DNA of 64,000 nucleotides from Eledone cirrhosa. Taxonomy: Eukaryota. Positions 12,155-24,540 of this stretch are shown here, one piece after another (position 1 is the stretch's first letter; each line of letters begins with the position of its first letter). Made by a program: the position numbers and the translations under genes. The DNA lies in the NCBI GenBank assembly GCA_964016885.1, contig OZ024747.1, positions 92,504,001-92,568,000 on the forward strand, written 5' to 3'. A model generated the notes under the pieces. That model was given only the letters and a program-made list of their open reading frames with translations, did no database searches and had not been told where the DNA came from.

Positions 12155-12580
12155 ACCACCATCAACAGCACCCCCAACACCACCACCACTATCACCATCA
12201 CAACCACCACCACCACCACCACCACTATCACCATCACAACCACCACCACCACCACCATCACCACCACCACCACCACTATCACCATCACAACCACCACCAC
12301 CACCACCACCACCACTATCATCATCACAACCACCACCACCACAACCACCACCACTATCATCATCACAACCACCACCACCACCACAACCACCACCATCACC
12401 ACCACCACCACCACTATCACCATCACAACCACCACCACCACCACCACCACTATCACCATCACAACAACCACCACCACCACCACCAACTGTCACCCACAAC
12501 CACCACTTCACCACCACCATCACCCCAACACCACCACTACTAGCTACCCCACCACCACCACCACCAACTGTCACCCACTT
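12155..12580. repeat. Compound (ACC)n/(ATC)n trinucleotide satellite
   Basis: Seen directly; source of the poly-Thr/Val/Gly ORFs. Confidence 0.95.
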
Positions 12581-12853
12581 TCACCACTTCAAGGCCTACA
12601 CTATATCACAACAACCACCCATGTGTTATCTTCTTTGTTGAATTGTGTGTGGGCCTAGTGGCTAGGTTGTCGGATTCACAATCATAAGGTTATTGGTTTG
12701 ATTCTTGGGTCAGGCAGTGTGTTGTGTTCTTGAGCAAAATTCTTTATTTCATGTTGGTCGTTCTACCAGGAGTTTTGACCACCAGATATCAACAATGGAA
12801 AGATCAATGGAAATATTCTGTCAGGAGTTTTGACCAGTAGATAATATCAGCAA

Positions 12854-12913
<60 letters not shown>

Positions 12914-13256
12914 CTGATATCCCCTTCCATACACACGCACACATGGCTATCATGACTCATACACTGTTCATTTTCCTGACATTTGTACATTATTCTATGT
13001 ACTATACATGCACCTTTGATGAGTTGTAGTGCACCTGAGCACTGTACACAATAATTTCATTATTATATCACTGCAAATTGAATATTACTTATTCTAGCAA
13101 CAAAAACAATGGTTTATGGTTTTATAGTAAAATCTATTCTAATAAATTAATATCTAAAGAAACACGATCACTGTAAGTTTGTCTTATATGCAATTTATTA
13201 AGAAAATAAAGTTTTCATAGAAAGTCTTGAAGTAAAAGTGCAAAATTAATTTAACA

Positions 13257-13464
13257 TTTTGAAAATATAGTTACCGCAATGCAAATAACTATAATGACTA
13301 TAAATAACAGTTATGTAAATCAGGTAAAGTACTTATAGGACAGAAAAAAGTGAACAGTGATGCCTTCTGTCTCTAAGGATACTCTACCTGATTCATCCAA
13401 CTATCATTTATAGCTGTTGACTATTATTATAATTATTTGCATTGTGGCGACTATATTTTCAAAT
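13257..13464. repeat. Long imperfect inverted repeat (about 90-100 bp arms)
   Basis: TTTGAAAATATAGTTACCGCAATGCAAATAA...GACAGAA pairs with TTCTGTC...TTATTTGCATTGTGGCGACTATATTTTCAAA. Confidence 0.8.
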
Positions 13465-14135
13465 TTTGAATTTCACAATGCTTCACAAGTCAACCCAATC
13501 ATTGTTTTAACAGAATTCAAAATTTTGATTAAATATTTTGAAAATCCAACTAAAATATATAGAAATGAATGAAAATTATTATGTACAGTGCTCAGGTGCA
13601 CTACAGCTCATCAGAAAAGGTAGCCAAAGGTGCATGTATAATAATGGTTTCTGATTTCGGCACAAGGCCAGCAATTTGTGGGGAGGGAAAAGTTGATTAA
13701 ATCGACCCTAGTGCGTGACTGATACTTTATTTTATCGACCCCATAAAGATGAAGGGCAAAGCTAACCTCAGCAGGATTTGAACTCAAAACATAAAGGGAC
13801 ATATAATAATGTACAAAAGTCAGGAAAGGGAACAGTGTATGAGTCATGATATACACACACACATATACACACATGTGTATGTGTGTGTGTGTGTGGAAAG
13901 GTGAATATCAGGTGTAGAGCTGGCGAATTTTGTGAAGCATGGAAGCTTTGAAGGATGCAGCGTCCCGACAGCTAATAACTGTCCCATGCTTCAGCAATTC
14001 ATTTAATCCCCCACAAATAATGATGATGTTAATGATGATGATGATGATGATGATGATGGTAATAATAATAATAATAATTGTTTCTACTTTTGGCACAAGG
14101 CCAGCAATTACCCAGTGTATTAATAATAATAATAA

Positions 14136-14520
14136 TAATTGTTTCTACGTTTGGCACAAGGCCAACAATCACCCAGTGTATTACTGGTACTTTATTTTAT
14201 CGATCCCGTAAAGATAGAAGGCAAAGTTAACCTCGGCGGGATTTGAACTCAGAATGGCAAGGGCCGTAACTCTATGCCCCAAAGCATGGCATCCGACACT
14301 CTACCAATACTGCCAATCCACCGCCTATAATAATAATAATAATAATTGTTTCTACTTTAGGCACAAGGCCAGCAATCACCCAGTGCATTACTGGTACTTT
14401 ATTTTATCGACCCGTAAGGATGAAAGGCAAAGTCAACCTCGGCGGGATTTGAACTCAGATCATAAAGGGACGTAACTATGCTGGAAAGCATGGCGTCCGG
14501 CCCTCTACCGATACTGCCAA
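14136..14520 (-). mobile_element. Two tandem SINE family A copies
   Basis: Reverse complements of the family A consensus separated by (TAA)n. Confidence 0.9.
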
Positions 14521-14540
14521 TAATAATAATAATAATAATA

Positions 14541-14688
14541 ATATGCTTGCTGGGAACAGCAAGAACCCTCCGATATGTCCTGAATATCTGAGGCTGCAGG
14601 TAGTGGCCTGATGTTCATTTGAACAAGCTTTCCAGTTAAATAACATCATTGACTGAGACTCCAAGAAAAAAAAAATAATAATAATAAG
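14541..14688 (+). mobile_element. 3' end of an R4/Dong-like non-LTR retrotransposon
   Basis: 14544-14591 encodes CLLGTARTLRYVLNI*, matching the LLGTARILRxVL C-terminal motif; flanked by (TAA)n on both sides. Confidence 0.7.
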
Positions 14689-14727
14689 GATTTTTTTTAT
14701 TAACCACAAAGGGTTTACAAAAATACA

Positions 14728-14930
14728 TTAACCCTTTAGCATATAAACCAGCCATATCTAGCCAGAATTCTCTCACCTCATTCTGTTCAAACTGATGTTA
14801 AGGTATTGTTCTTAAAATAAATATCAAAATCTCATAGATTCGGTATTATGTGAGATAATTATGTGAGGTAAAGCCTTTACCATGAAAATATAATAGTAAA
14901 TATAGAATAATGTAAATACTAAAGGGTTAA
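14728..14930 (-). mobile_element. piggyBac-type MITE
   Basis: TTAA-CCCTTTAG...CTAAAGGG-TTAA. Confidence 0.85.
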
Positions 14931-15015
14931 GGACAACACAAGATGGTACAGGGCAGTACAATATGGGTTTCTGCATGTGTAAAAAAAAAATGAAAAAAAA
15001 AAAATAATAATAATG

Positions 15016-15048
<33 letters not shown>

Positions 15049-16167
15049 ATTGCCATTTGAGACTAATTTCATTAAACTATACAACCTCTCAATTAATATT
15101 TTCAACATATCGGAATTAAGAATGAAGTAATTGAAAGACTGATCTCCATCCATAGTTCCTATCTACTTATTATATAACTGCAGAGCGGAAGTAAATGTCT
15201 CACAATTAATATTATATGAAAACCTTAAATTATATAGAATTGGAAATATATATTTTTAAATTATTCAAACTGAAAATCCTGTTTCATATAAGAAAAAGAA
15301 ACTTAATGCCGGATCCAGATGGTGAAATATAAATATAAATACTCTTAATACAGATTTCATTGAAAATAAGCATGAAATTAATACAGTCTTCATAATATTA
15401 ACCAATTTGTTTTTTAACCAGATCAACAACAAACTAAATATTCAATCAGGTTTGCTTCAAGTCTAAAATATTAGAAAGTTAAAAAATGTTTTACAAAACT
15501 GTGTTTATATATATATATATACATTTAAAGTATATGATAAACACGAAATGTGTTTACATTGCAACAGACAAAGTTAGCTATTAATGAAATAAACTAATAA
15601 AAGTGAATACAATTTGTCTGTCTCGATACAAGTCAATAAAGACAAGCTTATATTGGCAACGGCCATGATTCCTGGACATATTTAAATTTCAAAATTCAAA
15701 CCTGTTCTGTAGACGAATTTGAACCTCGAAACCCAAATAAGTTTCGCAATGGTGGAATGTAAATTGAAAAATAAAGAGAATCGAAATGGAATAGAAATAA
15801 AAGAGTGAAATATCCAAATCATCTGTGCATATCAACAGGAATCCAGTAAGATTAGTCTATCTCACATCAAAAATTTTGCAGGACTGACTACACGTGGGTA
15901 GGCAGGCCAAAACTAGCTATCCCACATTCACGGTGCTAGAAATAACAGCCGCTTATGCAGGATTAAGGATCAGCTCTTACAATAAAGGAGCTAATATATA
16001 TATATATATATATCGAGCCAGGAACCTTATAGGCACCCGTTTTACGTGTGTTGTGTTGAGGCAAATAACTATGTGTATACTCTGGTAATGCATCTTACAT
16101 TGCCCATTGAGCGTGTTGAGATACAACCGGTACTGGCATTGATAAATATGGTGGGTCCGTCAACCCT

Positions 16168-16225
<58 letters not shown>

Positions 16226-16239
16226 TATATATATATATA

Positions 16240-17247
16240 TCTGTATATATATAAAATTAAGTATGTGTGTGTGTCTGTGTATTACCTATAGGGGCCTACA
16301 TCTTACGACCGATTTTCATGAAACTTTACAGGCACATAGATTACTCATCGGGGAGTGTTTTCTATATATCAGCGTATCGTTTTTTTTTATTCCGGGGTCA
16401 TTCTGCAGATAAAAATCGATAGCGGGGTCACCTTTTTTTAGGTATCGAAAAATAAGATTTGGGGCTCTAGCTCCCACATTTTGCCACCGATTTCTTTCAA
16501 ATTTTAAAGCAAAATAGAATTTATCATTGCACATCCTGTAATGGCTTTATATTTTGCATTGTTGTTCAGGGACGGCGTGGCAGCCGCTTAAATATTCAAA
16601 ATTACCACTTTTAGACTCAAATTTCCACTTTTTCGGCTCTAGCTCCCACATTAATCAACCTACTTTGTTCAAATTTTACACTACGCGAGATCTGATTATT
16701 TCACGTCTTAAAGTGGCTTTACATTTTGGATATTTTGTTCAGGAACGGCGTGGCAGCCGCTTAAATATTCGAAAATACCACCTTTTCTCTCAAATTTCCA
16801 CCTTTTCAGCTCTAGCTCCCACATTTTTCAACCGATTTCGTTCAAATTCGAAACTTCGGCTCCACCTCACACATAAATCAATTTATTTGGTTCAACTTTT
16901 ATACTAAGATAGAATCTATCATTGCACATTTTATAGATGGTCAAAGGCAAAACGATGGCCACCGACGTCGTCTGAACTTTTAGTTGTGTATTTGAGAATT
17001 CATCGGTTTCCAATCAAGTAGCATGAGGAAATTTGGCTTAGTGTTAGAGGTCATTATCTCCCTCCTCCAGCATGACCCGTCGTCAGTCACCCGCATTTCT
17101 CAGTCATAGAGGTCATCACCACCCTCCCCCGCATGGCCTGTGTGTGGTCATAGATGAGTCATCGAGAAGCAGTCGCTAAGATCAACACCTTTTCATCAAA
17201 GCAGATATTATTTTACCTACCTAGGCAACACTGGGTACTGCTGCTAG
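16240..17247 (+). mobile_element. Non-autonomous Helitron
   Basis: A|TC start, subterminal hairpin CCTAG-GCAACA-CTGGG, CTAG|T end, no TSD; three internal ~172-bp repeats (CTCTAGCTCCCACATT near 16465, 16637, 16810). Confidence 0.85.
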
Positions 17248-17354
17248 TATATAATAAGACTTGAATTTGTCCAAGATGCCATGATATGAAATTGAACACG
17301 AAACCTCACAATTGTGAAATGAACTACTGAGTTATTCGGCCATACTGGCGTCCG

Positions 17355-17395
<41 letters not shown>

Positions 17396-17403
<8 letters not shown>

Positions 17404-17576
17404 AGAGTCAGGACCCCGACGGCTGAGCTCTGGCCGTTTGAACAGCTAGATCGAAACGGTTTGGATCTAGCTGTTGAAATGGCCGGAGCTCAGCCGTCGG
17501 GGTCCTGACTCTTTTCATATTACTCATTCTACCACCCTAAGTATGGTCCACTTGGTATCTTACCACACCCTCTTTG

Positions 17577-17580
<4 letters not shown>
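17396..17580 (+). mobile_element. (TA)n-embedded fold-back element, family P1 (palindrome 17396-17520), putative Penelope-like pLTR
   Basis: About 62-bp arms with 4 mismatches; relatives at 2255-2314, 23885-24060, 49756-49792, 49905-50092, 56098-56240; contains a GAAA-CGGC..GCCG-TC hammerhead-like half. Confidence 0.7.
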
Positions 17581-17613
<33 letters not shown>

Positions 17614-17674
17614 TATATATATATAAGTTTATCCCGGGGTAACCACAGTAAGTAAGGTACTCAATATATAGCAG

Positions 17675-17725
17675 GGCTTCCTGATAATTTCTCCCGAATG
17701 AAACAGTTCTAGTCCTGTAGAAGCC
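17675..17725 (+). ncRNA. Degenerate hammerhead-like motif, family H3
   Basis: GGCTTC-CTGATAA-TTTCTCCCGAAT-GAAA-CAGTTCTA-GTC-CTGTA-GAAGCC; core G8 mutated relative to copies at 50150 and 52548. Confidence 0.4.
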
Positions 17726-17745
17726 ATTTCTATAATACATTATAT

Positions 17746-17926
17746 ATTGGCAGTGTTGGTAGAGGGTCGGACACTATGCTTTCTAGCATAGTTACGTCCC
17801 TTTACGATCTGAGTTCAAATCCCGCCGAGGTTGACTTTGCCTTTCATCCTTACGGGGTCGATAAAATAAAGTACCAGTAATGCACTGGGTATTTGCTGGC
17901 CTTGTGCCTAAAGTAGAAACAATTAT
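17746..17926 (+). mobile_element. SINE family A
   Basis: Near-identical to 1072-1258. Confidence 0.9.
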
Positions 17927-17949
17927 ATATAAGTATATATATATAGATA

Positions 17950-18453
17950 TATTTCTTTATTAGCCACAGGGGCACAAAAGAAGGGGACAAATACAAAGGG
18001 GGAAGTTTACATACAATAAAAACGTGTAAAATGTTATCACAGATGGAATTTAAAAGTTAGTCGATTTTCCCCAATAGAGGGAGACAGTTTATATGGGTAA
18101 CACAGACCCCCGAAAAAAATGTGCAACCCTCATCTCCAGGAGTACGAAGAGCTTGTACTCCTTTCCTCTCCTCCTCCTTTTCCTCAACCTACAGGCTGAT
18201 ATAGAGAGAAGGCCCATTCACTCGGGCCATTCTCGCCACTTTCACCCACCTTTCATAAAACTTGCTGGGGTACAGCACCTCTCTCTCCATCCTGATTCTT
18301 CTTCCAAAGTGGTATTTGAAAAAAAGAATCAGTTGTTGGCCGGAGAGAAAGGTGTCTGACCTCAGCCCTTTCAACCTTGTCCACCATACAACCTCTTTCG
18401 CCATAGCTATCACACAAAGGAAAACCGCCTCTCCTTCGTTTTTGAAGGAGGGT
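17950..18453 (-). mobile_element. Tx1-like LINE 3' fragment
   Basis: AKEVVWWTRLKG...FYERW C-terminus plus pyrimidine-rich 3' UTR with AATAAA; homolog at 37596-37838 (+). Clade assignment from motif resemblance. Confidence 0.6.
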
Positions 18454-18845
18454 ATATATAGATAGATAGATAGATAGACACAGAGAGAGAAAGGGTGTTA
18501 GATAAATATAGTATAATACTGATAGTCTAAGAGCTCCTTTTATATGTATTTGATTCTAGCTGGACATTGAGAATTTTCTAGGACCCACGAGACTAGTGAA
18601 CCTTTTCATGACAACATTTCTTATGAAATACAATCTATTTCAATCAATAATTATATGTGTTTATATTTTTGTTTATATTTTCATTCTGTAAAAGTATAAA
18701 CAATTTGTAAAGTTATTTATGCAACTGTGAATAATAAAATATAACTGGGGTGACATTAGGTAACTAAACCATTTATCAATATATACAGAAAATGAGTTTG
18801 TGTGTGTCTGGGAATGAAGAATGTTGAGGGATTTATTATAATAAC

Positions 18846-19035
18846 AAAGCATCCAGTCCATCATGCATGTGCTGGTTGACATGAAAAAGCACCCTGTCCA
18901 CCCTGTCAGGCGGTCATGTTGGTGACATGACAGAAAAGCATCCAGTCCACTCTGTAAGGTGGCCATGCTAGTGACAAGACAGAAAAGCATCCAGTCCACC
19001 TTGTAAGGTGGTCATGCTGGTGACATGACGAAAAA
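18846..19035. repeat. About 50-bp tandem repeat, 4 copies
   Basis: AAAGCATCCAGTCCAC..TGTAAGGTGGTCATGCTGGTGACATGAC unit. Confidence 0.85.
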
Positions 19036-19059
19036 GGATATGAAGTCTACCTTTCTTTT

Positions 19060-19900
19060 GAAAGGTAGACTTCATATGCAGAAGGTAAATAGGGTCAATT
19101 AACACTAAGAACGCATGTGAAATAGATTCTCTCAAATGTTCAAGTACCTCCCAAGATGTTGTTGAGTGTTTTCGCTATCTTGCTGACCTAATCAGCAATG
19201 AACGTGGGTGTTTTGAAAACATATTAGCTAGAGTATTAACCATCTTGCTAACAACAACCCTGAGCATCTTTTTGAATTCCATGTGTCTAATGCTTACAGA
19301 GTCAGAAAACAGCACAGCTCCTATAACTTTCAGAAACATGTTTTCATACTCAGAGTTGTTGAAAGATGGAACAAACTACCAGCATCAGTTGTTAGCTGCT
19401 GGGACACTACATATCCTTCAAAACCTCCATGCTTCCGAAAATTCGCCAACACTACACCTGATATTCTGCCTCTATACACACGCACACATGTATCTATGTG
19501 TATAAGATGACTCATACACTGTTCACTTTCCTGACATTTGTACATTACTCTATGTAATATACATGCACCTTTGATGAGTTGTAGTGCATCTTAGCACTGT
19601 ACACAATAATTTTCATTAGTATTATCACTTTTCATTATAAACAAGTGGGGAAAAATTCAAGGAGTTATTGCCTCTGCTGCAAATAAAGGGCTTTTCTCTC
19701 AAGGTGAAGGGTAGACTGTTGAATGTTATGCTTCAAGGCAGTTAGACTGCAGACGATTTGCAAAAAGAAGAAAGAAATGAAGTAAACACGCTCCAGTGGA
19801 TGTGTAATGTTAGTGTGCATTAAAAACAAAGTATTAATGAGCTGAGAGAAAAACTATATATAAGAGATATTGGATGAAGTATGCAAGAGAAAAACGATGC
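19060..19900 (+). mobile_element. Degraded RTE fragment interrupted by a CR1 3' fragment (about 19280-19625)
   Basis: KVDFICR, FRYL.DLIS and WGKFKELLPLL remnants; insert matches the CR1 3' end. Confidence 0.75.
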
Positions 19901-21987
19901 TGACACATACATGTTTTTTTAAAATACCAGTTAATTCCCTTTGACAAATCTCCAGGTCCTTCACTTCACACACAAATCAAAACTTTCATTACAAATCTTA
20001 GATCTATATAAAGTACTTTATTTAACATATATACATATTTTCTTTTCACAAACATTGCAGACCTGCCAACCACTAAAAACCACAGAAACTGGGAGAAATG
20101 AGGCAAAATGGGGAGATTTTATATAATGAAAGCTATACCCATTTTCACAAGAGAAAACATCTCTCACCTACCCCAAAGATCTGACATTACAATTAATTTA
20201 TTGAATCAAAATAACATTGCAAATTGCTCACAGTTCGTTGAGAAGAACATTAAAAACATAATGTCATTGATAAACAGAAATATAAACGAATAAGAGAGAA
20301 AAAAAAATAAAAAAAGAAGGGTAGGAAACACAAAAACTACCATCAATTCACCACCAAGTGTTACAATTGACTGCACATCACATCATAAGGGTTAACTAAA
20401 CACTTTGAGGCAAGCCAATACGCTCGTAGCAATGTGACAGGTGATGGCAAGGCTAAGGCGCTGAAACAACTAGGCACCACCATGGGCATCATTGTATTCC
20501 GTTTGGCTACGGAAGCAGTGACCCCTACATTTACCGTAGCGTCCATGATGTGGAGGGAGCAACAGAGTCATTGACTATGGTGTCCCAGATGAGACACCTA
20601 CCTTTTACCCAGGGACAAAGTGTAAGGCCGTCTTCTCTGATTAATGACTGATTGCTTCAATCAATTCTATTTCATTTAATTCATTGCAATATTTATTTAT
20701 AGTAAATAACTTTACAATTCTAAATGATAGTTATGATTTATCTCTTAAAGAAAATAAATGATTCATAAAAAGACAACGGAGTCATAACTGTGGAGGGATT
20801 ATATATAAAAGTTATGGAAATAAAATATTAAAAATTTGTTTAAATGATTCACAAAACAACAACGAAAGAATAAGAGTGAGATTTTATTCACTGTTGTATA
20901 AATAACATTACAAATGCATGAATAACATAAATTGCTCGCAATTCGCTCAGACGAAAGCATTGTTGTGAAAGATAAGTTGCCTCCCTTTAACTGTAACTAT
21001 AAACTTGTCGTTTAGAAAGTTGCTGGAGTATTAAAATCGTTTTGATTCCTGCTTGTAAAGGTTTCACTTTACATTCATTACCAACGTTCTTGAGAAAGTA
21101 GCGAATATCGCAAAGATCCAACGCTTCCACTACTTTTATTTATCTATTTATCTATCTATAATAGCTTTATGCCTCTACATGGTCCCACGCCATGCTAGAA
21201 ATAGCAGCGAAATGCATTTCAAGTCAAGCTCTCGTGTCTTTAGGATACATTGGATGATGTAGATACACTGTTTCTGAAAATTAAATGGGATTGTCATAAC
21301 TGGGATCTTTTTTATCATAAGATTACTGTATCAGGGCTGACTGGGGCTAAACAGTAATAATAAGGGACAATTTTGATTTATCGAAAACCTGATTGACAGA
21401 TAAACAGATCTGATTGATATTGTGAGATGAAAATATAAGACAACCTTGAGCCTTAAATGTGGCATTCAACAGTATTTCCGCCATTGTGGTAACTATTATA
21501 CATTAAAGGAGAATATCTTAATCTAAGATTACATTGACTATTTCTAGATTTGGGAATAACCACACAATGTTGATTCATTTAACTGAAGTTTCAATATCAT
21601 TAATGGAAGTTTTCATATTACACCTATTTACACACACATCAATTCATCTACACATACACACAAACCACAGAATATACATACACAAACACACACATACACA
21701 CCAATTCATGTACACATACACACACACAAACATACATCAATTCATGTACACATACATACACACACCAGTTCATGCACACATACACACACACACCAGTTCA
21801 TGCACACATACACACACACACAAGTTCATGCACACATACACCAGTTCATGCACACATACATCACACCGGAGTATGTACACACACACATACACACACGTTT
21901 TTTTTGTTTTTTTTGTTTTTCAATATATGCAAATATAACAAGGTATCTTTTCATTTCCGTATGCATAAATAAGTACATACACTCCCA

Positions 21988-22019
<32 letters not shown>

Positions 22020-22059
22020 CTACACAGACACCCACCTACATATACACACTTGTGCATGG

Positions 22060-22095
<36 letters not shown>

Positions 22096-22372
22096 ATGCA
22101 TGTGTGTGCATGAGTGATATTAATTTTGATATAAATCCACTGCTCTTTAAAATTAAAGTAGTCAAATTTAGGTGGGTCTTGATGCATGACTAGTGACATC
22201 CTGTATTAGTCAACTGATGTTGGCTTCTATTACTTTATTAACTCTGTAATAACATTGAACAAGAAATATACTCTGGAATAAAACAGCTCCTTATATGTTT
22301 CACTAAGAGTCTTGAGAAAGTGTTTAAATAAACTAGATCAAACCCACCAAGAGAATTTAATATTTGATATTA

Positions 22373-22507
22373 TCACAAGCAGAAGAGAAATAAGTTTGAG
22401 TCTTCCCTGAAGGAACGTGCCAGATTAAGTTTTTTGAGGTTTGGGAGGGCCCTCAGTTCTGTCAAAGACATGACAATCTCTTCTGTGAACTCAGTTGAAT
22501 GAGAGAC
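22373..22507 (-). CDS. Candidate terminal exon or pseudo-exon encoding a leucine-rich-repeat-like peptide
   Basis: CTTACTAATATACAG acceptor, then VSHSTEFTEEIVMSLTELRALPNLKKLNLARSFREDSNLFLFCL*; LxxLPNLKKLNL fits the LRR pattern. Confidence 0.4.
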   Translation of the reverse strand, partial: VSHSTEFTEEIVMSLTELRALPNLKKLNLARSFREDSNLFLFCL

Positions 22508-23021
22508 CTGTATATTAGTAAGACACAAATCCCTGGCCTACCTGGAACATCAGTATGCATGTATGTAATTATGCATGTATATACGAGTATATATACACAT
22601 ATATATATATATATACATATATGTATATGTATATGTATTATATATATATGATATATATATATATACATATATATATATGTGTGTGTGTGTTTATATATAT
22701 TAAGAACAGAGATTAAAAAGGATTATATATACATATATATATATATATAAAATATGATGTATCTTATATCTTATATTGAATATAGGTATATATGATCCTG
22801 TATGTCTCAGACAACAATCTTAAGGAAGGGCATTTTAAACTAATTCCCTCCCTTCTCAGGGAATATAAATGATGCAAATACAGAGAAAGTCCACCAATGA
22901 TTAGATATCAAGACAAGAACTGCAGATTTAGTTTTAATTAATAAAATATGTATCGTACATATACACACTCATCTCATCCAATACATGTAAAACATGTATG
23001 TGTATAATATTTGTATGTGTA

Positions 23022-23069
<48 letters not shown>

Positions 23070-23884
23070 TGCATACATACATATAAGCATACAATCATAC
23101 ATAAACACACATATATATATCATTATCATCGCTGTTTTATGTCTGCTTTACCATGCTTGCATATGTTGGACTACATATATATATATACAGAATTTAGCTT
23201 CAAGCATAGCTGTATACAGATATGTATTGGAATTTCGTATTTCTAAAGACATACGGTATGTTTATAAATAAATATTTAGAAAGCCGTACCTATGCAAAAA
23301 CACTGGAGGCTATTGTCCCCTGGTGGTGTCCAGCAGAAGCTGGAGAGAGAGAGGAAGGTCAAGGAAGACCTGGGCAGAGGTGGTGAGAGCTGATCTCAAA
23401 TCGCTGTAACTTACTGTGAAGATGATAAAGGATCATGCCATGGGGAGAGATACTGTGTTGAAAAGGGCCCATTAAACCATGCAAGCATGGAAAAATGAAC
23501 ATTAAAATGATGATGATGATGATGATGATGATATATATATATAGTATCCAGTTAAGCCTCCAGTCCAACACTGTAAAGTGGTCATGGCGACACGACATAA
23601 AGTGGCCAGCCAACACTGTAAATTTGGTTGGTGTTTGGAAGGGCATCCAGCCATAGAAACCAAGCAAAAATCAGCCCTGCGTGAGCGAAACCCGGTCCTC
23701 CGACCAGATCTCTCACAAAGGGACAGCCCGTTCTACCCATGCTAGCGTGAAAAATGGACGTTAAACGATGATGATTATGATATATACATATATATATATA
23801 TGTATATATATATCATAATCATCATCATTTAATACACACACACACACAGACACACACACACACAGACACACACATATATATATG

Positions 23885-24060
23885 TAGGAAAAGAGTCAGG
23901 ACCCCGTCGGCTGAGCTCCGGCTATTTTGAATCTAGCTCTCAAAACAGCCGGGGCTCAGCTGTCGGGGTCCTGACTCTTTTCCTATTACCCACTCTACTA
24001 CCCTAAGTATTGAGTACTCTGGTGCGTTATAGTCCATCTGGTATCTTACCACACCCTGTT
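23885..24060 (+). mobile_element. Fold-back element family P1
   Basis: TAGGAAAAGAGTCAGGACCCCG...CGGGGTCCTGACTCTTTTCCTA palindrome with the same 3' extension as 17396-17580; TA repeats on both sides. Confidence 0.7.
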
Positions 24061-24540
24061 ATATATATATACAAGTGGAAGCTTAGTAAAATCGAAGCTT
24101 TAGCTGTGGCCAAGCAAAGTCGACCTACAATAAGGAATAAGTAGCAAAGCACTCAATAAGGGTAGGTCCTTAGAGTAATAACATACAATATATATATATA
24201 GCATGGCTCTGAAACAACACCTGGTGTTATAATCTCTAGAGAGAACATACAAGCCAGCCTAACATCAATATATCTGTTGTGTTTCATTAACTTTGATGCT
24301 CTAGTTAAAACTTTGTTTGTTCTCTCAGTCTTATTATTGATATGTAAGTCTTTATACAATATAAATCTTCAGGTGGAACAGATTGTAAAATAAATGTTTG
24401 AAAAAAATATATATTATGTAAATCAACAGGAATTGATTGACAAAATTGTGGACTTTATTCATTTACAGAGTAGGGTGAAATTTGCCAAATAGAACCAAGG
24501 AAACAATGTTTCCATTAATTTTCTGGTTCTTCTATTATTA

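Noticed and set aside
12101-12658. Thr-rich mucin-like ORF
   Set aside because: Pure trinucleotide satellite open in several frames, with no signal peptide or splice support.
22373-22507. Assigning a specific gene name (e.g. an F-box/LRR family member)
   Set aside because: Only one LRR-like unit is visible and no F-box; insufficient for a symbol.
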